Shown here: positions 28,692-39,591 of the stretch, in pieces
Layout: the number at the start of each line of letters is the position of its first letter
How positions within the stretch are numbered: the first letter of the stretch is position 1
NCBI GenBank assembly: GCA_963788655.1
Contig: CAWBHS010000063.1
Coordinates: 1 to 48,268, forward strand
From: an uncultured Verrucomicrobiae bacterium
GTDB taxonomy: Bacteria; Verrucomicrobiota; Verrucomicrobiia; Limisphaerales; JAFGQR01
Direction: 5' to 3'
DNA: 48,268 bases
The notes under the pieces: generated by a model
Database searches by the model: none
What the model saw: the letters and a program-made list of their open reading frames with translations, nothing else
What the model was told of the DNA's origin: nothing
Program-made: the position numbers and the translations under genes

Positions 28692-29375
28692 TCAGTCATC
28701 GACAAAGCGATAGCCCACGCCACGCACGGTGTCCAGATACCGGGCGGCGGGGCCGAGTTTCTCGCGCAGGCGGCGCATGTGAGTATCGACGGTGCGGGTG
28801 TCAATGAGGCTGTCGTATTCCCACACGTCCTGGAGCAACTTGTCGCGGGACTGCACCCGCCCCCGACGTTGGGCCAGGGTGGTCAGGAGTTTGAACTCAG
28901 TAGCAGTCAAATCCACGACCTTGCCTTTGACGACGACCTGATGGCGCGGGACATCGATGATGATGTCCTTGAGCTCGATATGCTCGGCTTTGTCGGGAAC
29001 GTCCTGCCCGGTGCGGAGCAACCGCTTGACACGCAAGACCAGTTCCCGCGGGCTGAAGGGTTTGGTGATGTAATCATCCGCGCCCAGTTCGAGGCCCAAA
29101 ACGCGGTCGATCTCGGCGGCTTTGGCCGTGACCATCACAATCGGGATCGCGCTGGTTTTCGGATCGCGCCGGAGGATTTTGCACACTTCCAGGCCATCGA
29201 CTTCGGGCAACATCAGGTCCAGGATGATCAAAGCGGGCAACACCTCGCGGGCTTTTTTCAAGGCTTCCTCGCCATCGGCGGCGGTTACCACCTCGTACCC
29301 GGCTGACTTGAGATTGAACTCGATCAGCTCGATGGCATCCGGCTCATCATCCACGATCAGGATTTTGGTTTTCAT
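28692..29375 (-). CDS. phoB: Phosphate regulon response regulator (OmpR/PhoB family)
   Basis: ILIVDDE, LDLMLP, GADDYITKPFS, TRTVDTHMRRLREKLG, TVRGVGY. Confidence 0.9.
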   Translation of the reverse strand: MKTKILIVDDEPDAIELIEFNLKSAGYEVVTAADGEEALKKAREVLPALIILDLMLPEVDGLEVCKILRRDPKTSAIPIVMVTAKAAEIDRVLGLELGADDYITKPFSPRELVLRVKRLLRTGQDVPDKAEHIELKDIIIDVPRHQVVVKGKVVDLTATEFKLLTTLAQRRGRVQSRDKLLQDVWEYDSLIDTRTVDTHMRRLREKLGPAARYLDTVRGVGYRFVDD

Positions 29376-30097
29376 AACGATTCGTTCACAGGCCTCTCGT
29401 CCACGGGGCGACGCTCGCGGTGGGAGGGATCGGAATTGTCCGGCAATGCGGAGCGGTGGCGGATGTCCTCGCCGTCATACAAATAGACCACTTCTTCCGC
29501 GATGTTTTTGGCGTGATCAGCAATCCGCTCCAGGCTTTTGAAAATGACCATCAGATTCAAACAACGTTCCACCGCGGAGGAATGCTCGGCCATGTACACG
29601 GATAATTCCTGACGGTGCTGTTTGTGCAACCGGTCCACTTCCGCATCGCCCGGGATCACGGCGCGGGCGCGGGCCGGGTCGCGATTCACGAAAGCATCCA
29701 GGGCCTCTTTGAGCAATTGCATGGCCAGTTGCGCCATGGGGGGCACGTCGCTGGCCTGTCGCAATTGGGGATCCAAACTGAGCGCCAGGCAGCGCCGCGA
29801 GATGGTGGTAGCCTCGTCGCCAACCCGCTCCAGGTTGTGGGCGATCTTCATACCCACCGCCACCATCCGCACGTCGGCGCGGGAAAGCCTCTGGGTGAAC
29901 AGGGCCACGGCGGTTTCGTCGATCTCGATTTCCAACCGGTCAATGATGGAATCGTCTTCCTTGGTTTGGCGGGCCAATTCATCGTCCCGCCGCAGCAGTG
30001 CGCGCACGGAACGGGTGACGGCGGCTTCGGCGTGACTGGCCATGGTAAGCAGCTTTTCTTTCAACTCACCCATTTTGCTGTCGATTGGGAACGCCAC
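29372..30097 (-). CDS. phoU: Phosphate signalling protein PhoU
   Basis: DD..ID.LE..ID, NLERVGDEA, KSLERIADHAKNIAEEVVYLY.GEDIRH. Confidence 0.93.
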   Translation of the reverse strand: MAFPIDSKMGELKEKLLTMASHAEAAVTRSVRALLRRDDELARQTKEDDSIIDRLEIEIDETAVALFTQRLSRADVRMVAVGMKIAHNLERVGDEATTISRRCLALSLDPQLRQASDVPPMAQLAMQLLKEALDAFVNRDPARARAVIPGDAEVDRLHKQHRQELSVYMAEHSSAVERCLNLMVIFKSLERIADHAKNIAEEVVYLYDGEDIRHRSALPDNSDPSHRERRPVDERPVNESL

Positions 30098-30254
30098 GGT
30101 ATTGATTGTTTGCTTTGCGTATCAAACGGCACTGGGCGGCAAAATAAAATAGATTTCTTGGCACAAAGTCAGATTAGTATCGATTAATGCCGAAGACCCC
30201 ATCCCCGGAGCGGCGTGGCGTCACGTTGTGGTCCTGTTTGCATGGCCCCATCAT

Positions 30255-30293
30255 CCGACAGCTTTGTTACGCTCCGGTGACCAACGGGTAAAC
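30255..30293 (-). promoter_or_regulatory. Candidate Pho box
   Basis: Minus strand gtttac/ggtcac/cgtaac/tgtcgg at exact 11 bp spacing, ~160-200 bp upstream of phoU. Confidence 0.4.
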
Positions 30294-30554
30294 ATTGCGC
30301 AAAGTCCAGCCAGAGCATCCAGGAGCAGACCTGGTCAAACACGTAGGGAAGGTGTCAGGACCGGGCGTTGCTTTCGAGCGTGGGATACTTCGGATTTCGT
30401 GTTTGATACGGCTTTGGCCTTCGGCCTTTCTATCCTTGCGCCCTGCGGACGGAAATCGTAAAAGCTTGAACTCCATCGCGTGGGGCCAGCCGCAATGCCG
30501 GCCATGCTCCCGGGACGGTGCAACTCAACTTGTTGATGAATCATTACATACGCT

Positions 30555-32798
30555 ATGGCCACCAGTGCTGATACGACCGAACGACCGACTTTGCAGACTT
30601 TGCCCGGTGACGACGTCCGCCAGATCTTATGGCGGTTTGCCGACCGCTATGACCTGGCGATGATGGTGCAATCCACCCGCGCCGTTGCCCGCGGTCCCGT
30701 AGCGCGGTTGGTGGCCGATGGCGGCCGCAATTCCCACGATTGGACTCCGGAGAAGGACGCGCTGTTGAAGGCCTTCGACGAGCGGGCATTACTGCGGCCT
30801 TCATGGATCCGAATGAGGGCGGATACATCGAAGGGCCCAAGAACCTGGCGCTGGCGCTGCTGGCGTTTGAATTGTCCTGGGTGGATGCCGGTGCCGCCAC
30901 CGCCAGCCTGGCCGGCAATCTCGGCCTGTCGCCCATTCACGAACGCGGCACGCCGGAGCAGAGCGAATACTACATGAGCCGCGCGGTGCCGCCGCAACCC
31001 GGCGAGGACCGCAAACCCTGGCGTTACGCGTTTGCGCTCACCGAACCCCTGCCCTTCGTCGGCGTTGAAACCGGCATGCTCTCCGGCAAGGTCCGCGTGG
31101 CCGAATGGGAAGCGGGCAAAGAACCCATCCTGCAAGTTGATAAACGCGGGCGATTCATCACCAACATGGGTTTCGCCAATGTCGTCACCGCCGCGGTGGA
31201 TTCCGACGACCAACGGATCAAGGGCAGTTGCATGGTCATTCTCGAGGAGACTGATCCCGGCGTCTTCGACCGCGGCACGCCCACCAAGAAACTGGTTCAT
31301 CAGCTTTCCTCGACGAGCGATCCGGTCTTCAACTTGAAAGTGCCGGCCAGCCGCATCATCGGCGGTTACACGATCAAGGACGGCGTGATCGTGCCGAATT
31401 ATTCGCACGGCGAAATCATCGAGGCGGTCTTTCGCCGCACGCGCGTGACGGTGGCCTTGATGACCTCCGCCAAGTTGCTCTCGGCCATCGAACCCGTCAT
31501 CCTGTACCAACGCCGCCGGTTCCGCGGCGGCGAAGGCGGCACGGGCTCGCCGCGTTATGAACTGGGCTTGCAGCAGAAGGAAGATGCGCTGCACCGGTTG
31601 GTGGATATTTGGGCGACCGGCGAAGCCAGCGCGTCGCTGGGTTTCGAGGCCGCGCGGTTGTTTGACGAACTGGATCCGCTCGAGAAGGACAAGGACCGTC
31701 TCTTCGCCGAGAAGAAGATCGAAGGCGGACGCGCCGCAAATGAAGGCGTTGATGGCCGATCCAAAAACAGGCCCTGGAATTCGTCGAACTATCCGCCCAG
31801 CCCGAGGCCAATCGCGACGCGGCTCGGTATGAGGCGTTGCAGCAGGACTCCTTGGTGCAATACGTCATTCTCGACTCGCTGGCCAATGTCCTGTGCCCGG
31901 CATGCAAGTTGTGGAATACCGGTTACGGCGCCAACATGATGCGCGAAGCGGTCAGCCTCATGGGCGGTTACGGCATCACCGAGGATTGCCCCGGCTTCCT
32001 GCGGCCAGAAATGGATGGACGCCCAACTCGAAGCCACCTACGAAGGCCCGGAGGCCGTGCAGCGCCTCCAGCTTTCCATCACCATGACGAACGAGTTGTT
32101 CCTCGCCCAATTCCGCCAATGGATTGTCGAGATGCGCCGCATCGCGAGCGACAAACCGGGCACGGGCGCCTGCACGCTGGCCACCGCCATGCAACTGTGG
32201 CTCTGGACCCTCAATCACCTGCAGACCGCCACCGATGCCGATGGTTCGAGGCTTTACCATAAGAGCCGTCAGGGCGTGACCTTTCCGCTGGCCGACGCAC
32301 TTTGCTGGCTGCTGGCCGCGCGGCAATTGATTCTCGACGTGATGGAACTGGAAACCAAAGGCCCGTCCAATCCTGCGCTCGCGGACGGCTTGCCCGGACT
32401 GTTGCAATTCTTCACCGACTTGTGCCACGTCCAAGCGCGCGGGCCGCCGGGGAAGCGGGCCGGGTTTGCGCTGAACTGGTTTACGGCTACAACCGCCACC
32501 CCGCCTGGGACGAGCGAAAGTTGCCATGCCTGTTACGATGCCGACGAACTCGACGCGCTGGAAGGCATCATCCCGGGCATCGCCGGTTCCGCCCGCGCGA
32601 ATTTCGGACATCAAAGAAGCCGGCCAGGCGCATCCCACCAAAGCCGGGCCGTGCGTGTGTTTCACCGGCTTGGAAGCCTTTGCCCGCCTGCGCATGAAAC
32701 TCGATGGCTGCTTGACCGGCTGCCGGCTGGCCAAAGATCGCGCGGCGGAAGCGCTGACGAAGGTGATGATTCCCGAAGCGCTGGATTATCCGGTGTAA
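30555..32798 (+). CDS. Long acyl-CoA dehydrogenase-family protein (several frameshifts)
   Basis: AFALTEP, GRFITN, CKLWNT, REAVSLMGGYG, EATYEGPEAVQR spread across ORFs 30555, 30740, 31837, 32015, 32302 and 32526. Confidence 0.88.
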
Positions 32799-32802
32799 CG
32801 CC

Positions 32803-34688
32803 ATGGCTGATTCCACTCCAGAGACTCCCGCCGTCGAGCGCCAGCGCATGGACGTGGACATCGTCTGCGTCGGCTTCGGACCTGCCACGGCCGGATTTCT
32901 TGTCCACGTTGTCCAAAGCAGCTTGCTCAAGGCCGACGGCACGCCGGCCGTCGAAAGCGCCGTCATGCCCGGCATGCCGCCGCAGGTGATCTGCTACGAA
33001 CGCGCCGATGACATCGGCTTCGGCGTATCCGGCGTGGTCACCCGGCGCGCGGGCTTCGGGCAACCTTTCCGAATCTCGACAACGAATGCCATTCCCATGG
33101 CGGCGCCCGGTCGGCGAGGAAAAGGTGGTTTACCTGCTGGACCCAGTGGGCGCGAGCCGGCGTTCGCTCGCTGCTGCAGGCTGGCGGACGCGTTGCATTC
33201 GGGCCTTCAAATGGGCGCTGCCGGTCGAGCACGACGCGTTGAATTTGCCTTGGACGCCAGGCTTCCTGCACAAGCCCGGCGGCCTGGTGCTGTCGATGGG
33301 CCAATTCATGCAATGGGTCGGTGCGCAGGTCCAAAGCACGGGTGCCGTGCAAATCTGGCCGGGCACCCCGGTGTCCGAAGCATTCTCGGAAGACAACCGA
33401 GGTGGCGGGCGTTCGCCTGCTTGACCAGGGTGTGGACAAGCAGGGCCAGCCCAGCGACGGCTTCATGCCCGGCATGGATATTCACGCCGCGCTTGACCGT
33501 CATTGGGGATGGCCCGGTGGGCCCCATCGGCCAGCAGCTCGATGCCCATTTCGGCATGCCCGAAGGCCATCACACCCGCGATTGGGCCGTGGGCATGAAG
33601 TTCGTCGTGGACCTGCCGGAAGACACGCCGCTCAAACCCGGCACGGTGTTGCACACGTTCGGTTATCCCGAGCCGGAGATTTTCGGTTTCCTCTACGTCC
33701 ATCCCGGATCGCGTCGCCTCGCTCGGCATCTTCGTGCCGTCCTGGTTCGACAGTCCGATGCGCACAGCCTATCGCTACCTCCAGCACTGGATGCTGCACC
33801 CGTATCTCTGGCGCTACCTCAAGGGCGGCAAGCTCCGGTCCTGGGGCGCCAAAACGTTGGGCGAATCCGGCCGGCGCGGCGAACCGCATCTCGCGGGCGA
33901 CGGTTATGCGCGCATCGGCGAAGGCTCCGGCAGCACCAACGTCCTGACCGGTTCCGGCGTGGACGAAGCCTGGACCACGGGCACTCAGCTGGCCGAAAGC
34001 GTCCTGGAATTGCTCAAGGCGAATAAGCCGTTCACGAAGGAAAACCTGGAAGGCACCTACGTCCAACGCCGCCGGGCCAGTTGGGTGGAAGCCGAAGGCC
34101 GCGTCGCCGAGAAATCGCGCGATGGTTTTCAAAAGGGCGTCGTGCGCGGCATGATGGGAATGGCGCTGGCCGGCATGACCAATGGACGCTTCACACTGGC
34201 CGGCGAACCCGTGCAACCCTACAAACGCATTCCGTCCCTCGAGGAATATTATCGCGGCCGAATCCCGCTCGCGGAAATCGAGCGGTTGCGCCAAGAATGC
34301 GCCGCCAAGGGCACGTCGTTGCACGCCACGCTGATGGAGCGCGTGGGCTGGCCGGCGATTCCCTACGACGGCCAACTGCTCGTCTCCCAGCAGGACGCAC
34401 TCTTGCTGGGCGGCAAAGTCCAGGCGCCGCCCGGCTACGCCGATCACGTGGTCTTTCTTTATCCCGAACCTCTGCGAACAGTGCGGCACGAAAATTTGCA
34501 TCGAAGTCTGTTCCGGCCAGGCCATCACGCCCGGCGAACGGCGGCGTGCCGGCGTTCGACCGCGAGAAATGTGTCCACTGCGGCGCCTGCTATTGGAACT
34601 GCTCGCAACCGACGCCGGATGATCCGGAACAGCATGAACATCGCCTTCCGTCGCCGGCACTGGCGGATTGCACTCGGCGGAAAACTGA
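32803..34688 (+). CDS. ETF:quinone oxidoreductase/FixC-like flavoprotein with C-terminal 4Fe-4S domain (several frameshifts)
   Basis: DIVCVGFGPA, VLHTFGYPE..FGFLY, GYARIGEGSG, FDREKCVHCGACYWNC; ends GGLHSAEN* at 34688. Confidence 0.85.
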
Positions 34689-34719
34689 GGACGCACTTTT
34701 GGGCAGCGGCACATGATGA

Positions 34720-34867
34720 GTCGCGCCAGCGTTTGGTGCGACCGGCTTGCCGGCGCTATTGGCGCGAAAGGAAGCAGTCTAGTCCTTGCACGTTGCCTTC
34801 TTCTCTGCTCGTTCTGGGTTTCAACCAAAGCGGGAGCAAGCTCCACGCACTCCAAACGCTGCGCGAC
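34720..34867. repeat. REPIN-like imperfect inverted repeat
   Basis: gtcgcgccagcgtttggtgcg…cttgccggcgct pairs with agcgggagcaagctccacgcactccaaacgctgcgcgac. Confidence 0.7.
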
Positions 34868-35121
34868 GTTCAGAGGCTGCCGGCAACTCGACCCCGCACA
34901 ACCCCGAGCCCGGTGAAGTGGTACGCTCGGCAATCGTGGCTCCTGCTTTGTGCCAGGATTGAATCGCTGACGATTCTCAGCGCCAGCCCAAGTAACACCT
35001 GACGATATTGATTGCCGCGTTCTTGATTGCCCAGCGCTTGGTTTGGCGGCATGATGGCCGGGCATTGTGCGGACCAGGAATTGCTGACTGAAGCCTTCCG
35101 GAACACAATCGAAAACAAACC

Positions 35122-36273
35122 ATGAGCCGCGTGGCAAATCGGACTCGATTCGAGCGGGCGTTGATCAACATCGCCGCGTTCGTGATTCTCGTGGCGGGCA
35201 TGCGCGCCGCGGCGCCGATCCTCGTGCCGTTTTTGTTCGCGATCTTCGTCGCGGTCATCATTACCCCGCTATTCATTGCGTTGCGGCGGATGGGAATGCG
35301 TTCGGGTTTCGCGCTGCTGATCATTTCGCTGGGATTGGTCGGGATGGGGTTCCTGGCGGTACAGGTGGCCGGCAACGCGCTGAATGATTTCACCAAAAAA
35401 CTGCCGGCGTACCAGCGACGGTTGCAAACGCAGGAAGACAACTTTGTGGCGTGGCTCAAGTCGAAGGGCATCGAGGTGCCGCGGCAGGCTGCCTCCAAAG
35501 AACCGTCCGGCGCCGAGGACGCCGTGGGAGCTAACAATAACGCTGAAATCATGCTGAACCCGCAGGCCGTCCTGCGCTATGCTGGAAACCTGGCCGCCAC
35601 GCTGAGTTCCCTCTTCGGCAAAGGAATGATCATTATGCTCGTGGTGATTTTCATTCTGCTGGAGGTGGCCATCCTCCCCGGACGCATCCGCCAGGTGCCG
35701 GGGCTGACGGAAGAACTGTGGGACCAGCTCATGGAAATGACCGACAACGTGCGGCAATACATGGTCATGAAAACCGTCATGAGTCTGGTCACGGGCGTGT
35801 TGGTATGGCTGTGGTTGGAAGTGCTGGGCGTCGATTACGCGCTGCTGCTCGGCATGCTCGCGTTTGGCTTGAACTTCATCCCGGCCATCGGGTCGATCAT
35901 CGCGTCGATTCCCGGAATCCTGTTGGCCTTGGTGCTGTTCGGTCCCGGCAGTGCCCTGCTGTGCGCGATTGGCTACCTGGTCATCAACATCGGCATCAGC
36001 AATTTTATCGAACCCCGGTACATGGGCCGCGGCCTGCGGCTGTCCCCGCTCACCATCCTGCTGTCGGTCATCTTTTGGGGTTGGGTGCTCGGCCCCTTGG
36101 GCATGCTGCTCTCCGTGCCCATTACCATGGCCACCAAAATCATCCTGGAAAGCAGCGCCGACACGGTCTGGCTGGCGTTGTTGCTGGGTCCCCCGGCGGT
36201 AAAAAAACGACCTCCGGCAGACGTGATGGAAATTCCGGCCGCAGTGGACCCGGAGTCCGAATCCAATCCTTAG
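35122..36273 (+). CDS. AI-2E family transporter
   Basis: Multi-TM; LNFIPAIGS, NFIEPRYMGRGLRLSP, FWGWVLGPLGMLLSVP. Confidence 0.92.
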   Translation: MSRVANRTRFERALINIAAFVILVAGMRAAAPILVPFLFAIFVAVIITPLFIALRRMGMRSGFALLIISLGLVGMGFLAVQVAGNALNDFTKKLPAYQRRLQTQEDNFVAWLKSKGIEVPRQAASKEPSGAEDAVGANNNAEIMLNPQAVLRYAGNLAATLSSLFGKGMIIMLVVIFILLEVAILPGRIRQVPGLTEELWDQLMEMTDNVRQYMVMKTVMSLVTGVLVWLWLEVLGVDYALLLGMLAFGLNFIPAIGSIIASIPGILLALVLFGPGSALLCAIGYLVINIGISNFIEPRYMGRGLRLSPLTILLSVIFWGWVLGPLGMLLSVPITMATKIILESSADTVWLALLLGPPAVKKRPPADVMEIPAAVDPESESNP

Positions 36274-36390
36274 CCGAAGGAAAATTGTTAAGCCCGTGTT
36301 AATTTTGCAGCGGGTTCGACTTCCCCCCATTAAACTGCTGCGTGCGAATTGCCGGTTTCTTTCCCGTTCGGGCGCCGCCGGCCAATGCTT

Positions 36391-37155
36391 ATGTTGAATT
36401 CAGATTCACCGCGTAAAACGGACGCGTCGGCCGCCGGCCGCACACGTTTGCTGGTGATTGATGACGACCGCGAATTGTGCTGGCTCATCAGGGACTACCT
36501 GGAGCCGTTGGGCTACGAAGTCACCGCGGCCCACAACGGTCCGGCGGGATTGGAACAGGCGGTGGCCGACCCCTTCGACGCGGTCATTCTGGATGTCATG
36601 CTACCGGGCCTGGACGGCTTCGAGGTATTGAAGCGCATCCGCCAGCAATCGAACGTGCCCGTGCTGATGCTGACGGCCCGAGGCGAGGAAGCGGACCGCA
36701 TCGCGGGGCTGGAAGTGGGCGCCGACGATTATCTGCCCAAGACCTTTTCCACCCGCGAACTGCTGGCCCGTTTGCGGGCGGTGTTGCGTCGCACCTCAGC
36801 GGCACCGGCCAAATCCGCTCCGGATGCGGAAGCCGAACTGGTGGTGGGGTCGTTGCGGCTCAACCCTGGCACCCGCACCGCCGTGCTGGGCGACCAACCA
36901 CTGTCGCTCACCGCGCTGGAGTTCGAGCTGCTCGCTTGTCTCGCCCGCGGACGGGGCCGGGTCAAGTCGCGCGAACAACTGCTGGAAGCCATCACCGAAC
37001 GCAATTACGACGTGTTCGACCGTTCGATTGATGTTCACATCTGGTCCCTCCGCAAGAAACTGGGCGACGATCCCAAGCAACCGCGGTTCATCCGGACGAT
37101 CCGTTCGGTGGGCTACATGCTCATCAATCCGGACTACGAAAAGGGCTCGGCATGA
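36391..37155 (+). CDS. OmpR-family response regulator (CpxR-like)
   Basis: LLVIDDD, LDVMLP, GADDYLPK, FDRSIDVHI..LRKKLG, IRTIRSVGY. Confidence 0.92.
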   Translation: MLNSDSPRKTDASAAGRTRLLVIDDDRELCWLIRDYLEPLGYEVTAAHNGPAGLEQAVADPFDAVILDVMLPGLDGFEVLKRIRQQSNVPVLMLTARGEEADRIAGLEVGADDYLPKTFSTRELLARLRAVLRRTSAAPAKSAPDAEAELVVGSLRLNPGTRTAVLGDQPLSLTALEFELLACLARGRGRVKSREQLLEAITERNYDVFDRSIDVHIWSLRKKLGDDPKQPRFIRTIRSVGYMLINPDYEKGSA

Positions 37156-38760
37156 AACGCCGCTTTCCACTTTATGCGAAAATCCTGGTTTGGTTCTTCT
37201 TGAACCTGGTGTTGTTGGGCGCCGCATTTTATCTCCTGCTTTCGGGCCCAGTTTGGACTGGGGCTGGACCAACTGCTGGCGGGCCGGGCGAGCGAGCGCA
37301 TCAGCCCCGTGGCGGACCTGATTCTCGAGGAACTTGAAAACAAGCCCACCGCCGAATGGAGTTCCGTACTCGAACGTTTCAGCGAGACATTCCAAGTTGA
37401 GTTTGCGCTCTTCCGCAACGATGGCGCGCAATTGGCCGGGTCCGCCCTGCGGTTGCCTGAAAAGGTTCGCGCCCGTCTGACCGAACCCATCGTGCGCATT
37501 GGTCCGGGGCCACCGCAACGCCGCTTCCTGACCGATCGGCCCCCGGCCGAATCCGAGGCGGTTCACCCGGAAACCGCGCCGCAGGATTCAGCGCGGCCTG
37601 GCGATCGGGACGCGCCGCCCGGCCCGGCGGAACGCGATCTCATGCCGCGCCGGTTTCGCGGCGGGCGCGACTTTGAGGGTGGTCCGGGGTTTGGCCGGCG
37701 GCCTTTGGTGCGGCCGCGCGGACCGTATCCCACCATCTTGATGCACACCGCCGAGCCGACACGATACTGGATGCTGGTCCGGGTGGTGCTCCCGGATCCC
37801 GACCGGCCACGGTTCACGCCCGCGACCCTGGTGGCCATCTCACCGACGATGAGCGCCGGCGGCTTGTTCTTCGATGTCCGTCCCTGGCTGGCGGTGGGAA
37901 TCGGGGTGGTGGTGTTCTCCGTGCTGTTCTGGTTTCCCCTGATGCGCGGGATCACCCGTTCCCTCGGCCAAATGACGCAGGCCACCCGCCAAATTGCCGA
38001 CGGCCGGTTTGACGCCCGCGTTGATGAGAGTCGCCGGGACGAATTGGGTTCGCTCGGACAATCCGTCAATCAGATGGCGGGACGTTTGGAAGGATTTGTG
38101 GCCGGGCAAAAGCGCTTCTTGGGCGACATTGCGCACGAGTTGTGTTCTCCCCTCGCGCGGTTGCGCGTGGCGTTGGGCATCCTTGAACAACGCGCCGGTG
38201 ACCAACAACAGACTTACGTCCAAGTGGCCAACGAAAAGGCCGAGCAAATGGCCAACCTCATTAACGAACTGCTCTCGTTTTCGAAGGCGTCCATGGGCCA
38301 CGCGCCAACGGCCCTCCAACCGGTGTCCTTGCGGGACGTCGCCGAAAAAGCCGTCCAACGCGAAGTGCCGGAGGGCGTGCCGGTTCAGACCGAAGTGCCG
38401 GATGGTTTCTTCGCCCAGGCCGAACCGGAGCTGCTGATGCGGGCCTTGTCCAATCTGCTGCGGAACGCGGTGCGGTATGCCGGCGAGGCCGGTCCTATTT
38501 CGGTGATGACGCGACGTGACCATGAGCACGTCGAGCTGGTGGTGGCCGATGGCGGCCCCGGTATTCCCGCCGAAGAATTGGCGAAGGTCTTTGATCCCTT
38601 CTATCGCGTGGATGTGTCCCGCGACCGCGAAACGGGCGGCGCCGGCCTGGGATTGGCCATCGTAAAAACCTGCGTCGAATCGTGCGGTGGCACCGTGACC
38701 TGCCGCAACCGCCAGCCCACCGGATTGGAAGTCGTGATTCGTTTGCGCGCCGCTCGATAA
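37152..38760 (+). CDS. HAMP sensor histidine kinase (CpxA-like; frameshift near 37241)
   Basis: ATGA overlap with the regulator, two TM helices, RRDELGSL HAMP, GDIAHELCSPL, NLLRNAVRY, GAGLGL. Confidence 0.9.
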
Positions 38761-38872
38761 GTCCGAGGAGCGGGAGAACTCTTACCCGGCGTCCTGACCC
38801 GCGAAGGCGCCCTCAATTCCGCCAGCGGCCGACTGGCACGCTCGGTCAGCTCTCTCGAGCGAGGTGCCTCCG

Positions 38873-38893
38873 ACGCTCCTCATTGAGGAGCGT
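38873..38893. terminator. Perfect palindrome between convergent genes (terminator or REP-like)
   Basis: acgctcctca-t-tgaggagcgt; no U tract. Confidence 0.35.
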
Positions 38894-38976
38894 GAGTTAA
38901 CGTCCGGCGTGATCGTGCTGGCGACGTTCGGAATGCGCTGGGAAGGCCGACGGCGTGGCGGCTGCGCTCGAATGCG

Positions 38977-39549
38977 CTATTTCTCCTTGATCAGCTTTTT
39001 GACTTCGGCCAGGTCTGCCGTCGTCTGGTCCACACTGCGTTGAAGATTCCGGAACACCGTGGACCATCTCACAATGAACCAGACGATTCCGAGAACCAGA
39101 AACGCAAGGACCAGCACGACCAGCAGCAGCAGGAGCGCGAGCGGCCCCAAGCCGTAAAACAACGAGGGCCATGCCGAGAATTTGGCCTGGCGCGTTTCGA
39201 ATCGGCCACTGTTGAGCACCTGGTCTTCCAAGGTATCAGTGAGCCGGACTTTGGCGGTGAAGGGGGTTCCCTGGCGTTGGCGATTTGCTGAGGCGGATGG
39301 GTTATCGACTTTCGCCCCCTGATAATAGGTGCCCTCAATGGTCTGCAAATAGGGGCTCTGCGGATCGTAGGTGATCACGCCGTGCGCGATTCGATTGGAG
39401 TGCAGCAGGCTCAGGAAGTCCTCTTGCGATAGAGTTTGCGACGGTGGTTGCGCCTCCTGTCGGCAACCGCCGCTCAACGCGGTGAGACAAACGATCACGA
39501 CGAGGGGCAGCAAACGAAATTGCGTGGTGCGGACAGTGTGCATGTTCAT
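38977..39549 (-). CDS. Putative lipoprotein with FtsH-periplasmic-like domain and C-terminal TM helix
   Basis: Lipobox-like LSGGC; LSQEDFLSLL...YDPQS...PFTAKVRLT..LE; long hydrophobic segment and short coiled tail. Confidence 0.6.
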   Translation of the reverse strand: MNMHTVRTTQFRLLPLVVIVCLTALSGGCRQEAQPPSQTLSQEDFLSLLHSNRIAHGVITYDPQSPYLQTIEGTYYQGAKVDNPSASANRQRQGTPFTAKVRLTDTLEDQVLNSGRFETRQAKFSAWPSLFYGLGPLALLLLLVVLVLAFLVLGIVWFIVRWSTVFRNLQRSVDQTTADLAEVKKLIKEK

Positions 39550-39591
39550 GTTCAATTTCACGTTAAGGTTCTTGTTAATGGTTATCGATGT

